From positions 5,276-69,275 of the forward strand of contig JBHIBG010000007.1 of the NCBI GenBank assembly GCA_046758965.1: a DNA stretch of 64,000 nt. Reading direction: 5' to 3'. Below the pieces are notes generated by a model, which was not told the DNA's origin, made no database searches, and saw only the letters and a program-made list of their open reading frames with translations. The position numbers were made by a program, and so were the translations under genes. Origin of the DNA: Candidatus Methylomirabilia bacterium (GTDB lineage Bacteria; Methylomirabilota; Methylomirabilia; Rokubacteriales; CSP1-6). Positions 46,648 through 55,676 of this stretch are shown here, one piece after another (the stretch's first letter is position 1; each line of letters begins with the position of its first letter).

Positions 46648-47661
46648 ATGAACAAGAAGTTGTTCGGGGTTCTCATCGTTTCATTGGCGCTGCTGGTTTC
46701 AGGGGTGCTGCCAGCTTTTGCCGAAACCATGACCTGGAAAGTTGTGGGGCTCAACCGCGCCACCCCCCAATTCAAGCCATGGGAATGGTTCGCAGCGGAG
46801 CTGGAGAAGCGAACCAAGGGGCAGATAAAGGTGAATCTGGTGAGCCTGCCCGAGCTAGGGCTGACCGGCTTTGAGCTGGTACGGGTGATCAAAGCGGGCT
46901 TGGTCGACGTCGCTGACATCCTGCCCACCTATGTCGCCGGGGACGTGCCGATCATCGAGGGGGTCGACCTGGTGGGGCTCTTCCCCGATTTTGACACGTC
47001 CGTGAAGGCCCACGATGCCTTCATGCCAGTGTTGAGCAAGCATCTGGCGAAGATCGCCGGTGGGGTGGTCATCGGGGTCTACTACTGGCCTCACCAGGTG
47101 ATGTGGAGCCGTAAGCCGGTCCGGAGCCTGAACGACTTGAAGGGAATGAAGGTCCGGGTCTACGGCACCGCGCAGACAGAGTTCCTGAAGGCGCTCGGCG
47201 CCGTGCCGGTCTCCATCGCCTTTGCCGAGGTGTACACGGCGCTGGAGCGGGGCACCGTGGATGCGGCCATTACGGGAACCTATTCGGGATATGCCTTGAA
47301 GTGGTACGAGGTCAGCAAGTACCAGATTGAGATGAACCTGGGGCCTGTGATCGGAACCCTGACCGTGAGCAAGCGGACCTGGGACAAGCTCACCCCGGGG
47401 CTCAAGGCCACGCTGAACCAGCTTGGAAAAGAGTTCACCGAGAGGGGGACGGAGGTCGGCCGGCGAACCTCTCAGCTCGGTATCGACGAGTCTGCAAAGA
47501 AGGGAATTGAGTATGTCAATCTGGGACCGAAGTTTCTCAAGGGCACTCGGAAGGCTGTCATCAACGCCGTGATCCCGGGGTGGGTGAGGCGGGCCGGGCC
47601 GGAGGCCAAGCCCGTGTTCAACCAGTACATCGCGCCATATGCAGGATACAAGATTCCCTGA
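46648..47661 (+). CDS. dctP: TRAP transporter substrate-binding protein (DctP family).
   Basis: Signal peptide MNKKLFGVLIVSLALLVSGVLPAFA. DctP-like body with the conserved Arg/Tyr context (KVRVYGTAQTEF). RBS GAGGAGG lies 7 nt upstream of ATG 46648. Confidence 0.85.
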   Translation: MNKKLFGVLIVSLALLVSGVLPAFAETMTWKVVGLNRATPQFKPWEWFAAELEKRTKGQIKVNLVSLPELGLTGFELVRVIKAGLVDVADILPTYVAGDVPIIEGVDLVGLFPDFDTSVKAHDAFMPVLSKHLAKIAGGVVIGVYYWPHQVMWSRKPVRSLNDLKGMKVRVYGTAQTEFLKALGAVPVSIAFAEVYTALERGTVDAAITGTYSGYALKWYEVSKYQIEMNLGPVIGTLTVSKRTWDKLTPGLKATLNQLGKEFTERGTEVGRRTSQLGIDESAKKGIEYVNLGPKFLKGTRKAVINAVIPGWVRRAGPEAKPVFNQYIAPYAGYKIP

Positions 47662-47667
47662 AGGCCG

Positions 47668-48294
47668 GTGAACCCCACGCCCGGGCGTGAGCCTGACGAG
47701 CGGTCTCTCACTGCCCGTCTTCTTCAAACGGTCAGCCAGGTCATCCGGGTGACGGATGGCCTGGCGACCGGCATGGCCTATCTCAGCGGCGCAGTCTTCC
47801 TGCTGATCTCGGCTTACATCACCATCGACGTCGTCGGGCGCAAGTTCTTTGGCATCACCACAGGCGTCTCGGATGAAATCGGGGGCTACGCCCTGGCCTT
47901 CGGCGGCGTGTGGGCGTTGGCATACACCCTCAGAACCGGGGGCCACGTCCGCATCGACGTCCTCCTCCCGTATCTGCCGCGCAGGACGAGATGGGTGCTC
48001 AACTATGCGGCCATGATCGTGATGGGGTTCTTCTCGGCTGTGCTTGCTGCCTACACCTGGCAACTCGCCCTGGACTCCTTCGCCATGAAAGCCAAGGCGA
48101 TGAGCTACATCCAGACACCCATCTGGCTGCCCCAGACCTTGGTGGCAGTGGGGCTGAGCGCGTTGACCGTGCAGGCCGCCATCATGCTCGGAGCGGGACT
48201 GGTGGAATCAGTCCTCTTGCGACAGTTAGCTCCCCTGAAAACCCTCCCAGCTCCCGGGACGAGCGAGGAGCCGGAAGCCCCGGAACCTGGTTAG
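47668..48294 (+). CDS. dctQ: TRAP transporter small permease (DctQ family).
   Basis: Four predicted TM helices and a length of about 200 aa. It is positioned between DctP and DctM. Confidence 0.7.
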   Translation: MNPTPGREPDERSLTARLLQTVSQVIRVTDGLATGMAYLSGAVFLLISAYITIDVVGRKFFGITTGVSDEIGGYALAFGGVWALAYTLRTGGHVRIDVLLPYLPRRTRWVLNYAAMIVMGFFSAVLAAYTWQLALDSFAMKAKAMSYIQTPIWLPQTLVAVGLSALTVQAAIMLGAGLVESVLLRQLAPLKTLPAPGTSEEPEAPEPG

Positions 48295-48366
48295 TGCCGT
48301 TCCAACTTCGAATCGCCTGCCGCCGCTTGCTACCCGGTAACGTGTGAACATCAGGAGCAATTTGCT

Positions 48367-49683
48367 TTGACAGCTCTTCTCGTCGCCTCCGGCTTGATGC
48401 TGGTCACGTTCATGCTCGGCCTCTACGTGGCCGCCGCCCTTGGCGTGCTGAGCCTGGGGCTCCTCTCGGTCTTCAGTGACGTCTCCATGTGGGGGATGTT
48501 CGGGCTCATCACCTGGAATACCAACATCAACTTCGTCCTGGTCGCGATCCCGCTGTTCGTCCTGATGGGGGAACTCCTCTTGCGGAGCGGCTTGACCGAG
48601 CGGCTCTACACGGTCATCTCCCAATGGCTCAACCCGCTGCCGGGGGGGCTGATGCACAGCAACATCGCCGCGTGCGCGATCTTCGCCGCGGTCTCCGGCT
48701 CGAGCATCGCGACCTCAGCGACCATCGGCTCGGTGGCGCTCCCCGCCTTTCGCGAACGCGGCTACGACGAGCGGCTGGTCATGGGCTCCCTGGCTGCCGG
48801 GGGTACCCTGGGGATCCTGATTCCTCCCAGCATCAACATGATCGTCTATGGCGTCCTGGTGGAGGAGTCGGTCGGCAGGCTGTATATCGCCGGGATTTTC
48901 CCCGGGATCATGCTCACGCTGCTCTTCATGTCCGTCATCTTTCTCGGCACCAAAATCGTGCGAGGCGCTGCGCCTCGCGAAGCTGCAACGCCCTGGCGGG
49001 TCAGGCTCGTCGGGCTGATTGCCCTCGGGCCCACCTTCATCTTGATCTTCCTGGTGCTGGGAACGATCTACCTCGGCGTGGCCACCCCGACCGAGGCCGC
49101 GGCCTTCGGCGTGGTCGGGGCGCTTGTGCTGGCCGCGCTCGCCGGACGTGTCAATTTCAGGATGCTGAGAGACGCCGCCCTGTCGGGTTCCCGGACGACG
49201 GCCATGATCATGCTCATCCTGACCGCCGCCTTCATCCTCAACTTCACCCTGTCGATTCTGGGCGTCCCTCACGCCCTGTCTCAGGGTGTCGTCGCCATGG
49301 GGCTGGGCCAGACCGCTACCCTGCTCATCCTGATCGGCTTCTACCTGCTGCTGGGGACATTCATGGATGGCTTCGCCATGATGGTGACCACCATCCCGGT
49401 GATCCTCCCCATCTTAAAAACGCAGAACATCGATCTGGTGTGGTTCGGCATCATCATCGTGATTCTCACAGAGGCGGCTCTGATTTCCCCGCCCGAGGGA
49501 CTGAACCTCTACGTCATCCACGGCCTCCGCAAGAAAGGAGCCAGGGAAGAGCTCAACCCGACCATCATGGACGTCTACATCGGGGTCCTCCCCTTCTTTT
49601 TTGCCATGGTCCTGGCTATCGGGATCATCGTGCTCTTCCCGCAAATCGCCCTCTGGCTGCCGTCCACGATGTTCGCCATGTGA
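48367..49683 (+). CDS. dctM: TRAP transporter large permease (DctM family).
   Basis: A 438-aa polytopic protein with typical DctM blocks (FVLMGELLLRSGLTERLY, GSSIATSATIGSVALP). Confidence 0.85.
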   Translation: MTALLVASGLMLVTFMLGLYVAAALGVLSLGLLSVFSDVSMWGMFGLITWNTNINFVLVAIPLFVLMGELLLRSGLTERLYTVISQWLNPLPGGLMHSNIAACAIFAAVSGSSIATSATIGSVALPAFRERGYDERLVMGSLAAGGTLGILIPPSINMIVYGVLVEESVGRLYIAGIFPGIMLTLLFMSVIFLGTKIVRGAAPREAATPWRVRLVGLIALGPTFILIFLVLGTIYLGVATPTEAAAFGVVGALVLAALAGRVNFRMLRDAALSGSRTTAMIMLILTAAFILNFTLSILGVPHALSQGVVAMGLGQTATLLILIGFYLLLGTFMDGFAMMVTTIPVILPILKTQNIDLVWFGIIIVILTEAALISPPEGLNLYVIHGLRKKGAREELNPTIMDVYIGVLPFFFAMVLAIGIIVLFPQIALWLPSTMFAM

Positions 49684-49726
49684 GTCGGGGGATGACAGCG
49701 GCCGCCCCTGCGACAGCAGAAAGGCG

Positions 49727-50425
49727 TTACGGGAGGTCGAGAAGGATGAGCTCGGTGGGGGCCGTCGCGGTCAGGGGGAGAGGCGATTCGTCAGCGACCC
49801 TGGCCTGGTCGCCCGCCGAGAGCGGGATGCGATTCAGGTCAAGGGCGCCGCTGATGGCGAAAAGATAGGCTCGCCGTCCAGGAGCGAGCGGCTGGGTAAC
49901 CGCCTGGCCGGGATCCAAGGCGCTGACGAAGATCGTCGCGTGCTGATCGATCCTGAGACAGTCCCGCTCCGCATTGGCTGAGACTACGGGGAAGAGCCGC
50001 CCGCGGCGCTCGGCAGCGGTGAACTTGCGCTGCTCCCACCGCGGGCGGAGCCTCTTCGTGCGCGGGAGGATCCAGATCTGGAGGAGATGCAGGGGGACCG
50101 TCGTCGATGGGTTACGTTCGGCGTGGACGATCCCCGTCCCCGCTGACATCACCTGCACCTGGCCGGCTCGAAGCAGTCCCCGGTTCCCCTGGTCGTCCTC
50201 GTGCTCCAACTCCCCTTCCAGGACGTAGGTGATGATCTCCATCTCCCGGTGGCCGTGGGGCGGGAAGCCGGTGCCGGGCTGGATCACATCGTCGTTGAAG
50301 ACCCTCAGCGTCCCGAAGGCGACGTTGTCGGGGTCCCAGTAGTGATCGAAAGAGAAATGCCAGTAGGTGGAAAGCCAGTCCGTCTGGTGGTGATACCGGT
50401 CGCCGGATCTGATGACCTGGATCAT
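49727..50425 (-). CDS. Pirin family protein.
   Basis: Cupin motifs FPPHGHREMEIITYVLEGELEHEDDQGN and the N-terminal HQTDWLSTYWHFSF. Confidence 0.85.
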   Translation of the reverse strand: MIQVIRSGDRYHHQTDWLSTYWHFSFDHYWDPDNVAFGTLRVFNDDVIQPGTGFPPHGHREMEIITYVLEGELEHEDDQGNRGLLRAGQVQVMSAGTGIVHAERNPSTTVPLHLLQIWILPRTKRLRPRWEQRKFTAAERRGRLFPVVSANAERDCLRIDQHATIFVSALDPGQAVTQPLAPGRRAYLFAISGALDLNRIPLSAGDQARVADESPLPLTATAPTELILLDLP

Positions 50426-50451
50426 CTCAAGCTTACCTCACGCGTTCCCGC

Positions 50452-51123
50452 TCACTCCAGGGCCATCCACAGCTCGTCGAAGCTTTTCACGAGGAGATCG
50501 GGCTTTACCCCCATGGGGTCGAGCGGCGCTCCAGCCCGGTTCAGCCAGCAAACCTTCAAGCCGAAGGTCTTCGCTCCCACCACGTCGAAGCCGTTGGAGG
50601 AGACGAAGAGGATCTGCTGCTTTGGGAGCCTCATCTGTTTCGGCGCAAGCTGATAGACCTTGGGCGATGGCTTGAAGATCTTGACGGCGTCTGCGCTGAT
50701 CACCCAGCGGAAGTAGCGGCGGAGTCCGGTGGTCTCCAACCCGACCCGAAGCATCTTGGGGCTGCCGTTGGAGACAACAGCGAGTGCGTACCGCTCCTGG
50801 AGCCGGGGCAGGGCTGAGGCCACCTCGGGGTAGGGGGTTGGGCGAAGCCAGGCCTCCATGAGCTCTCGCCGCTGCTCCGGGCTCACGGCGAGTCCGAACC
50901 GCTGGATCGCAAACTCCAAGGCCTGCTCTGACACCTTCCAGAAGTCCTGGTATTTCCCCATCAGGCTCCTGAGGAAGGTGTACTCCAGCTGCTTGGCCCG
51001 CCACTGCATATTGAACGCGACCGGATCGGGAGCCACTTCCTTGCACGCTTCTGCCACCGCCCCGACGTCAACCACCGTGCCGTACATGTCGAAGGCAATC
51101 CCTTTGATCCGAAGTTTCGCCAT
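50452..51123 (-). CDS. HAD-superfamily haloacid dehalogenase type II-like hydrolase.
   Basis: N-terminal nucleophile motif IKGIAFDMYGTVVDV (DxYGT). The length is about 225 aa. A strong RBS GGAGAGGAGGAAGGG precedes ATG 51123. Confidence 0.8.
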   Translation of the reverse strand: MAKLRIKGIAFDMYGTVVDVGAVAEACKEVAPDPVAFNMQWRAKQLEYTFLRSLMGKYQDFWKVSEQALEFAIQRFGLAVSPEQRRELMEAWLRPTPYPEVASALPRLQERYALAVVSNGSPKMLRVGLETTGLRRYFRWVISADAVKIFKPSPKVYQLAPKQMRLPKQQILFVSSNGFDVVGAKTFGLKVCWLNRAGAPLDPMGVKPDLLVKSFDELWMALE

Positions 51124-51154
51124 CAGCCCTTCCTCCTCTCCGATTTGGGTTCTG

Positions 51155-51919
51155 CTAGGCGAACCCTGCGCCCATCCCGCCATCCACCGGGAGAGCGATC
51201 CCGGTCACCCAGCGCGCCTCGTCACTGGCCAGGTACACCGCGGCGTAGGCCACGTCGTCCGGGTCGCCGAGGAACCCGAGCGGGTGGCGCTTCACCACCG
51301 TGTTGTACTCTCCCGCCCGCTTGAGTGCCGCCAGGTACTCCCGGTTGATCTCGGTCTCCACGAAGGCCGGGCAGATGGCATTGATGCGCACCCCGTGCCG
51401 GGCGTACTCGATCGCCATTCCGCGAGTCAGGATCACCACCCCGCCCTTGGTCGCTCCATACGCCACGAGGTTGGGAGTGCCCTTGAGCCCTGCCATTGAC
51501 GCGATGTTGATGATGTTGCCTTTCGATTTCATCAGCTCGGGAAGGGCATACTTCGAGCAGAGGAAGACGCTCGTGAGGTTCCCCTCGATCATCTTCTGCC
51601 AATCTTCCTCGGCGCACTGCTGCGCCGGGGTGCGGGAGGTAATGACTCCGGCGTTGTTCACGAGCAGATCGAGCTGACCGAAGCGATCCACAGCCTGCCG
51701 GATCAGGCGCTTGATGTCGGCAACCTTGGTCACGTCAGCGGCAACGGCAAGCGCGCCCCCTCCGGCAGCTTCGATCTCCTTGGCAACGGCCTCGATCGGC
51801 CCCGGGCGGCGGCCGTTCACCACCACGCTGGCGCCTTCCCGTCCGAACATGAGGGCGATGGCGCGGCCGAGCCCGGTACCGCTGCCCGTCACGACGGCAA
51901 TCTTGTTTTTCAATCGCAT
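51155..51919 (-). CDS. SDR family oxidoreductase.
   Basis: KIAVVTGSGTGLGRAIA (TGxxxGxG), NNAG, and the catalytic YGATKGG (YxxxK). Confidence 0.85.
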   Translation of the reverse strand: MRLKNKIAVVTGSGTGLGRAIALMFGREGASVVVNGRRPGPIEAVAKEIEAAGGGALAVAADVTKVADIKRLIRQAVDRFGQLDLLVNNAGVITSRTPAQQCAEEDWQKMIEGNLTSVFLCSKYALPELMKSKGNIINIASMAGLKGTPNLVAYGATKGGVVILTRGMAIEYARHGVRINAICPAFVETEINREYLAALKRAGEYNTVVKRHPLGFLGDPDDVAYAAVYLASDEARWVTGIALPVDGGMGAGFA

Positions 51920-52129
51920 GCCGGCTCTCTCATGCTTGCCATCCCTTTCTTCTGCTGTTCGCGCTTTGGCGCGGGTGGTCTCTCCCCCGCGAGTAGCTCC
52001 TGGCAATTATAAGTCAGAACGCACGGAGTGGGATAGGGCTGGCAAGGTTTCGGTCGCACGCGCCCGGCCTCCAGCCGGCCCAAGCCCTATTCTTGACAGA
52101 ATGTACCCCATCGCGTAGGATGCGGCCCC

Positions 52130-52309
52130 ATGAAATTCCGCCTGCTCATGCTTCCTACCGTGGGCCAGCCCCACGAACTCACCCAGGGCATGGCGGGCCA
52201 GCGCGACGACCTCTTTATCTGGCTGAACCAGGGCCTCTCGCCTCACGGGCGGGTTCTGGAGAACCTGGAGTTGTTCGCCTCGAAGGTGATCCCCCGCTTC
52301 AAGTAGAGG
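52130..52309 (+). pseudogene. Collapsed remnant of an LLM (luciferase-like monooxygenase) gene: an N-terminal-like start fused to a C-terminal-like end in 59 codons.
   Basis: MKFRLLMLPTVG resembles the LLM N-terminus (MKFGLF.LP). LENLELFASKVIPRFK resembles the LLM C-terminus (ELFA.EV.P.F). A promoter-like TTGACA(52093-98)-17-TAGGAT sits just upstream. Confidence 0.3.
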
Positions 52310-52582
52310 ACTCAGGCTGGTCAGGGTCTCCCGGGCCGCCGTGGTCGCACGGAGAAGTTTGCGCTGGCAGCTGATTTCGCCGATGATAGCTGAAGGGCCT
52401 TGGATCGCCCGACTTCCGGAGATCCGAGCCAGTACCGGGTGCGCCGAGAACCGAGCAGCCCTAGGATGGAGAAGATGCTGGCGACCCGTTCTCTCTCGAA
52501 GGCCGGCCTCCCGCTCGTCGCCGAATCGGTCGTCCTGCGGGACGGCTCCGTGGCGCTCCGGCGGCTGGTCGAGCGCTGCTGA

Positions 52583-53173
52583 GTGGAACGGGAACTTTCC
52601 TCACCCCGCGCTGTCCAACTCCGAGCGGGGAACCTTGACGACGTTGAGCTTCTGGACGCTCTGCGGCGGGGAGAGCCGGAGGCCTTCGAGGCGCTCGTGG
52701 TGACCTACCAGCACCGGATCTTCAGCATCGCGCTCCGGATGGTCCGCGATCGGGGAGAGGCTGAGGAGATCGCCCAGGAGGTTTTCCTCCGCGTTCACCG
52801 CTCGATCCGGGAGTTCCGCGGTGAAGCGAAGATTTCCACCTGGCTGTACGCGATCACCTCCCGTCTCTGCCTGAACCAGCTGAAATCTGCCGGGCGCCAG
52901 CGCCGGGCCGGGGGGGCCGCGCTCGAGCAGATCGCCGACGGCCACCCCGATGCTAGCGCGACCCTGGAGGCGTCCGAGCTGCGGGCGGCGCTCTATCGCG
53001 CCATCGCGGAACTGGACGATGAGCGGCGGATCGTCGTGGTGCTGCGGGATCTCCAGGGCCTTGCCTACGAGGAGATCGCGGCCGCCCTCGACCTGGAGCT
53101 GGGCACCGTACGCTCTCGCCTTCACCGAGCCCGCATGGAGCTGAAGGAGCGCCTGGAGCGGCACTTTCGATGA
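52583..53173 (+). CDS. ECF-subfamily RNA polymerase sigma-70 factor (sigma-24/RpoE-like).
   Basis: Region 2 (YQHRIFSIALRMVRDRGEAEEIAQEVFLRVHRSIREF; STWLYAITSRLCLNQL). Region 4 (VVVLRDLQGLAYEEIAAALDLELGTVRSRLHRAR). Confidence 0.85.
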   Translation: MERELSSPRAVQLRAGNLDDVELLDALRRGEPEAFEALVVTYQHRIFSIALRMVRDRGEAEEIAQEVFLRVHRSIREFRGEAKISTWLYAITSRLCLNQLKSAGRQRRAGGAALEQIADGHPDASATLEASELRAALYRAIAELDDERRIVVVLRDLQGLAYEEIAAALDLELGTVRSRLHRARMELKERLERHFR

Positions 53174-54033
53174 ACTGTTCCGAGGCCCGCGGGCTCTTCT
53201 CTGCCAGGGCGGATGAGCTGCTCACGCCGGAGCAGGACGTTCTCCTGGACCGCCACCTCGAGAGATGCGTGGAGTGCCCGCGGGAGTGGGAGCGCTTCCG
53301 CCAGACCCTGGCCGTGCTCCACTCGCTGGAGGAGGTGCAGGCGCCGGGAGGCTTTTCCCGGCGAGTGATCGAGGCGGCGGTCCAGGGCCCGTGGCACCGG
53401 CGCCTGTTCCGGCGCATCTTCCTCCCGCTTTACGTCAAGCTCCCCCTCGAGGCCGCCGCGCTGGTCCTCGTCTCGACGCTTGTGATCGTGCTCTTTCGCC
53501 AGACGCCTGAGATCCAGCGCGTCGTCGAGGCGCCTCCAGCTCGGGAGCTGATGGAGCCCGCGCCGCCGGCTCAACCAAAGGCGGCTGAGCTCAAGCAGCG
53601 CCGCGCCTTCGACATCGTCAGAAAGAAGGAGCGGCCAGAGGAGGATGAGGGAGTCGCGCCGGCTGAGGCCGAGTCCAGAGGCGGCCGTTTGGAGATCGCC
53701 GGCGAGGCTCGCAAGTCCGCTGCGGCTCCTCCCGAGGCTCAGCGAGCGCCCCGGGCTCGGGCCCCGCTGCACGTCGTCGGGCGGCTGCGGGCCAAAGATT
53801 CAGAAGCCGTCGATCGCCAGATCAACACTCTCTTGAAGCGGGTCGGCGGCGTTGTTCGTCGCGATGTCATGGGTGGCGATGTCGAGTCAGGACGGACGAT
53901 CATCGTGGTGGTTCCCCGGGAGGACTACCCCGGGCTTGCGGCTGGACTCAGCCAGATCGGCGACTTCACCGTCGAGAAGGAACCCCGGATTCTCCCCGAC
54001 CCGGTCCACGTGACGATTCAGATCGCGGATTGA
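53170..54033 (+). CDS. Anti-sigma factor with an N-terminal zf-HC2 zinc finger, one TM helix and a periplasmic C-terminal domain.
   Basis: H-x3-C-x2-C motif LDRHLERCVECPREWERF. TM segment LVLVSTLVIVLF. Its ATG overlaps the sigma-gene stop (ATGA), the classic coupled sigma/anti-sigma arrangement. Confidence 0.7.
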   Translation: MNCSEARGLFSARADELLTPEQDVLLDRHLERCVECPREWERFRQTLAVLHSLEEVQAPGGFSRRVIEAAVQGPWHRRLFRRIFLPLYVKLPLEAAALVLVSTLVIVLFRQTPEIQRVVEAPPARELMEPAPPAQPKAAELKQRRAFDIVRKKERPEEDEGVAPAEAESRGGRLEIAGEARKSAAAPPEAQRAPRARAPLHVVGRLRAKDSEAVDRQINTLLKRVGGVVRRDVMGGDVESGRTIIVVVPREDYPGLAAGLSQIGDFTVEKEPRILPDPVHVTIQIAD

Positions 54034-54117
54034 CCTCCCATCACAGCCCAGGAACTTTCGCTCCTCCGCCCTGTCTAACCAGGCAGACCGAGTCATCCCA
54101 CCAAGGAGGAGCGAACG

Positions 54118-55536
54118 ATGCGTACCGTGTGGGTTTCCCTTGCCCTTATCGTGAGCCTGGCTGCTACGGGCACAGCCTGGGCGCGCCCCGCCTCCGGGCG
54201 CCAGGCGATCACGCAGCAGGATCAGCGCGACGTGGCGGTGACAATCTACAACGGCAACTTCGGCCTCGTGAAAGACATTCGCGAGGTGCGCCTCGCGGTG
54301 GGGAGCGGCCTTGTCCAATTCATGGACGTTGCCGCGCGGATCGATCCCACCACGGTGCACCTGAAGTCCCTGACTGACCCGGCCGGGCTGAAGATCCTGG
54401 AGCAGAACTACGAGTATGATTTGCTCTCCCGCCAGAAGCTCCTGGAGAAGTATCTGGGGCGGACGGTGCGGCTCTACCAGGGGAACGGCTCGTACCTGGA
54501 GGGCACGCTGCTCTCCACCAACGGCCCTATCTACGAGATCAATGGCCAGATCCACATGGGCCACGCCGGGAGAGTGGTGCTTCCCTCGTTGCCGGAGAAC
54601 CTGGTGTCCAAACCGACCCTCGTCTGGCTACTCCGGAACCAGAAGGCTGCGCCCCAGCGGATCGAGGCCTCCTACCTGGCCGGCGGGATCACGTGGAAGG
54701 CGGACTACGTGATGGTCCTGAACCCTGCCGATGACCGGGCCGACCTCTCGGGCTGGGTGACGATCGATAACAAGAGCGGCGCCACCTACCGGAAGGCGAC
54801 GCTGAAGCTCGTGGCGGGGGACGTCCACCGAGCGCCGGACCGCGTTGCGGTCCGTCGGATGCTGGAGATGGCGGCCAAGGCCAGGGCGAGCGAGCCGAGC
54901 CATGATTTCGCCTCCGAGGGGTTCTTCGAGTACCACCTCTACACCCTCGACGGCCGCACCACGATCAAGGACAACCAGACCAAGCAACTCGCCCTCATGG
55001 CGGCCAACGGCGTGCCGGTCACCAAGCAGTTCATCTATTACGGGGCGCAGGACTACTACCGGAACCGCTACGGCGTTCCGATCTCCAACCAGAAGGTAAG
55101 CGTCTTTATCGAGATTCCCAACAGCGAGGCCAACGGCCTGGGCATCCCCCTCCCCAAGGGAAAGGTGCGCGTGTACAAGGCCGATCGCTCAGGCAGCCAG
55201 CAGTTCATCGGCGAGGACTGGATCGACCATACGCCTAAGGACGAGCGCGTGAAGATCAAGATGGGGGAAGCCTTCGACGTGGTGGGCGAGCGGACTCAGA
55301 AGGACTGGAGGAAGATCGGGTGGGGCATGTACGAGGTGGAGTGGGAGATCTCACTCCGGAACCATAAGGAGGAGGACGTGACCGTGACCGTCATCGAGCC
55401 GATGCCTGGAGACTGGGAGGTCCTCCGCTCCACCCACCCTCACGAGAAGATCGAGGCGCACACGCTCCGCTTCCGTATTCCCGTCCCGAAGGACGGGGGC
55501 ACGAAGCTCACCTACCGGGTGCGTCTCCGGTTCTAG
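54118..55536 (+). CDS. Secreted DUF4139/DUF4140 domain protein (MuiA-like).
   Basis: Signal peptide MRTVWVSLALIVSLAATGTAWA. The N-terminal VAVTIYNGNFGLVKDIREVRL matches the DUF4140 start. A long beta-rich body follows. Confidence 0.7.
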   Translation: MRTVWVSLALIVSLAATGTAWARPASGRQAITQQDQRDVAVTIYNGNFGLVKDIREVRLAVGSGLVQFMDVAARIDPTTVHLKSLTDPAGLKILEQNYEYDLLSRQKLLEKYLGRTVRLYQGNGSYLEGTLLSTNGPIYEINGQIHMGHAGRVVLPSLPENLVSKPTLVWLLRNQKAAPQRIEASYLAGGITWKADYVMVLNPADDRADLSGWVTIDNKSGATYRKATLKLVAGDVHRAPDRVAVRRMLEMAAKARASEPSHDFASEGFFEYHLYTLDGRTTIKDNQTKQLALMAANGVPVTKQFIYYGAQDYYRNRYGVPISNQKVSVFIEIPNSEANGLGIPLPKGKVRVYKADRSGSQQFIGEDWIDHTPKDERVKIKMGEAFDVVGERTQKDWRKIGWGMYEVEWEISLRNHKEEDVTVTVIEPMPGDWEVLRSTHPHEKIEAHTLRFRIPVPKDGGTKLTYRVRLRF

Positions 55537-55676
55537 CCATCGACTGCTCCTCCCCCTCACCGATATCCTCTCCTCCATTGGGGGAGAGGGGAAGGTGAGA
55601 GTGATAGGTGGCCTCGAGTGGGGGAGGGGCGAGTGAGGCGGACCGCGGTCGATCCCCCACCTTCTTGTGAGCCGGG

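Noticed and set aside
52400-52582. 60-aa ORF ending at the ECF sigma start, as a possible regulatory peptide.
   Set aside because: It has no RBS, Arg-rich typical-GC-frame composition and no conservation evidence. It is kept only as a note inside the sigma-module finding.
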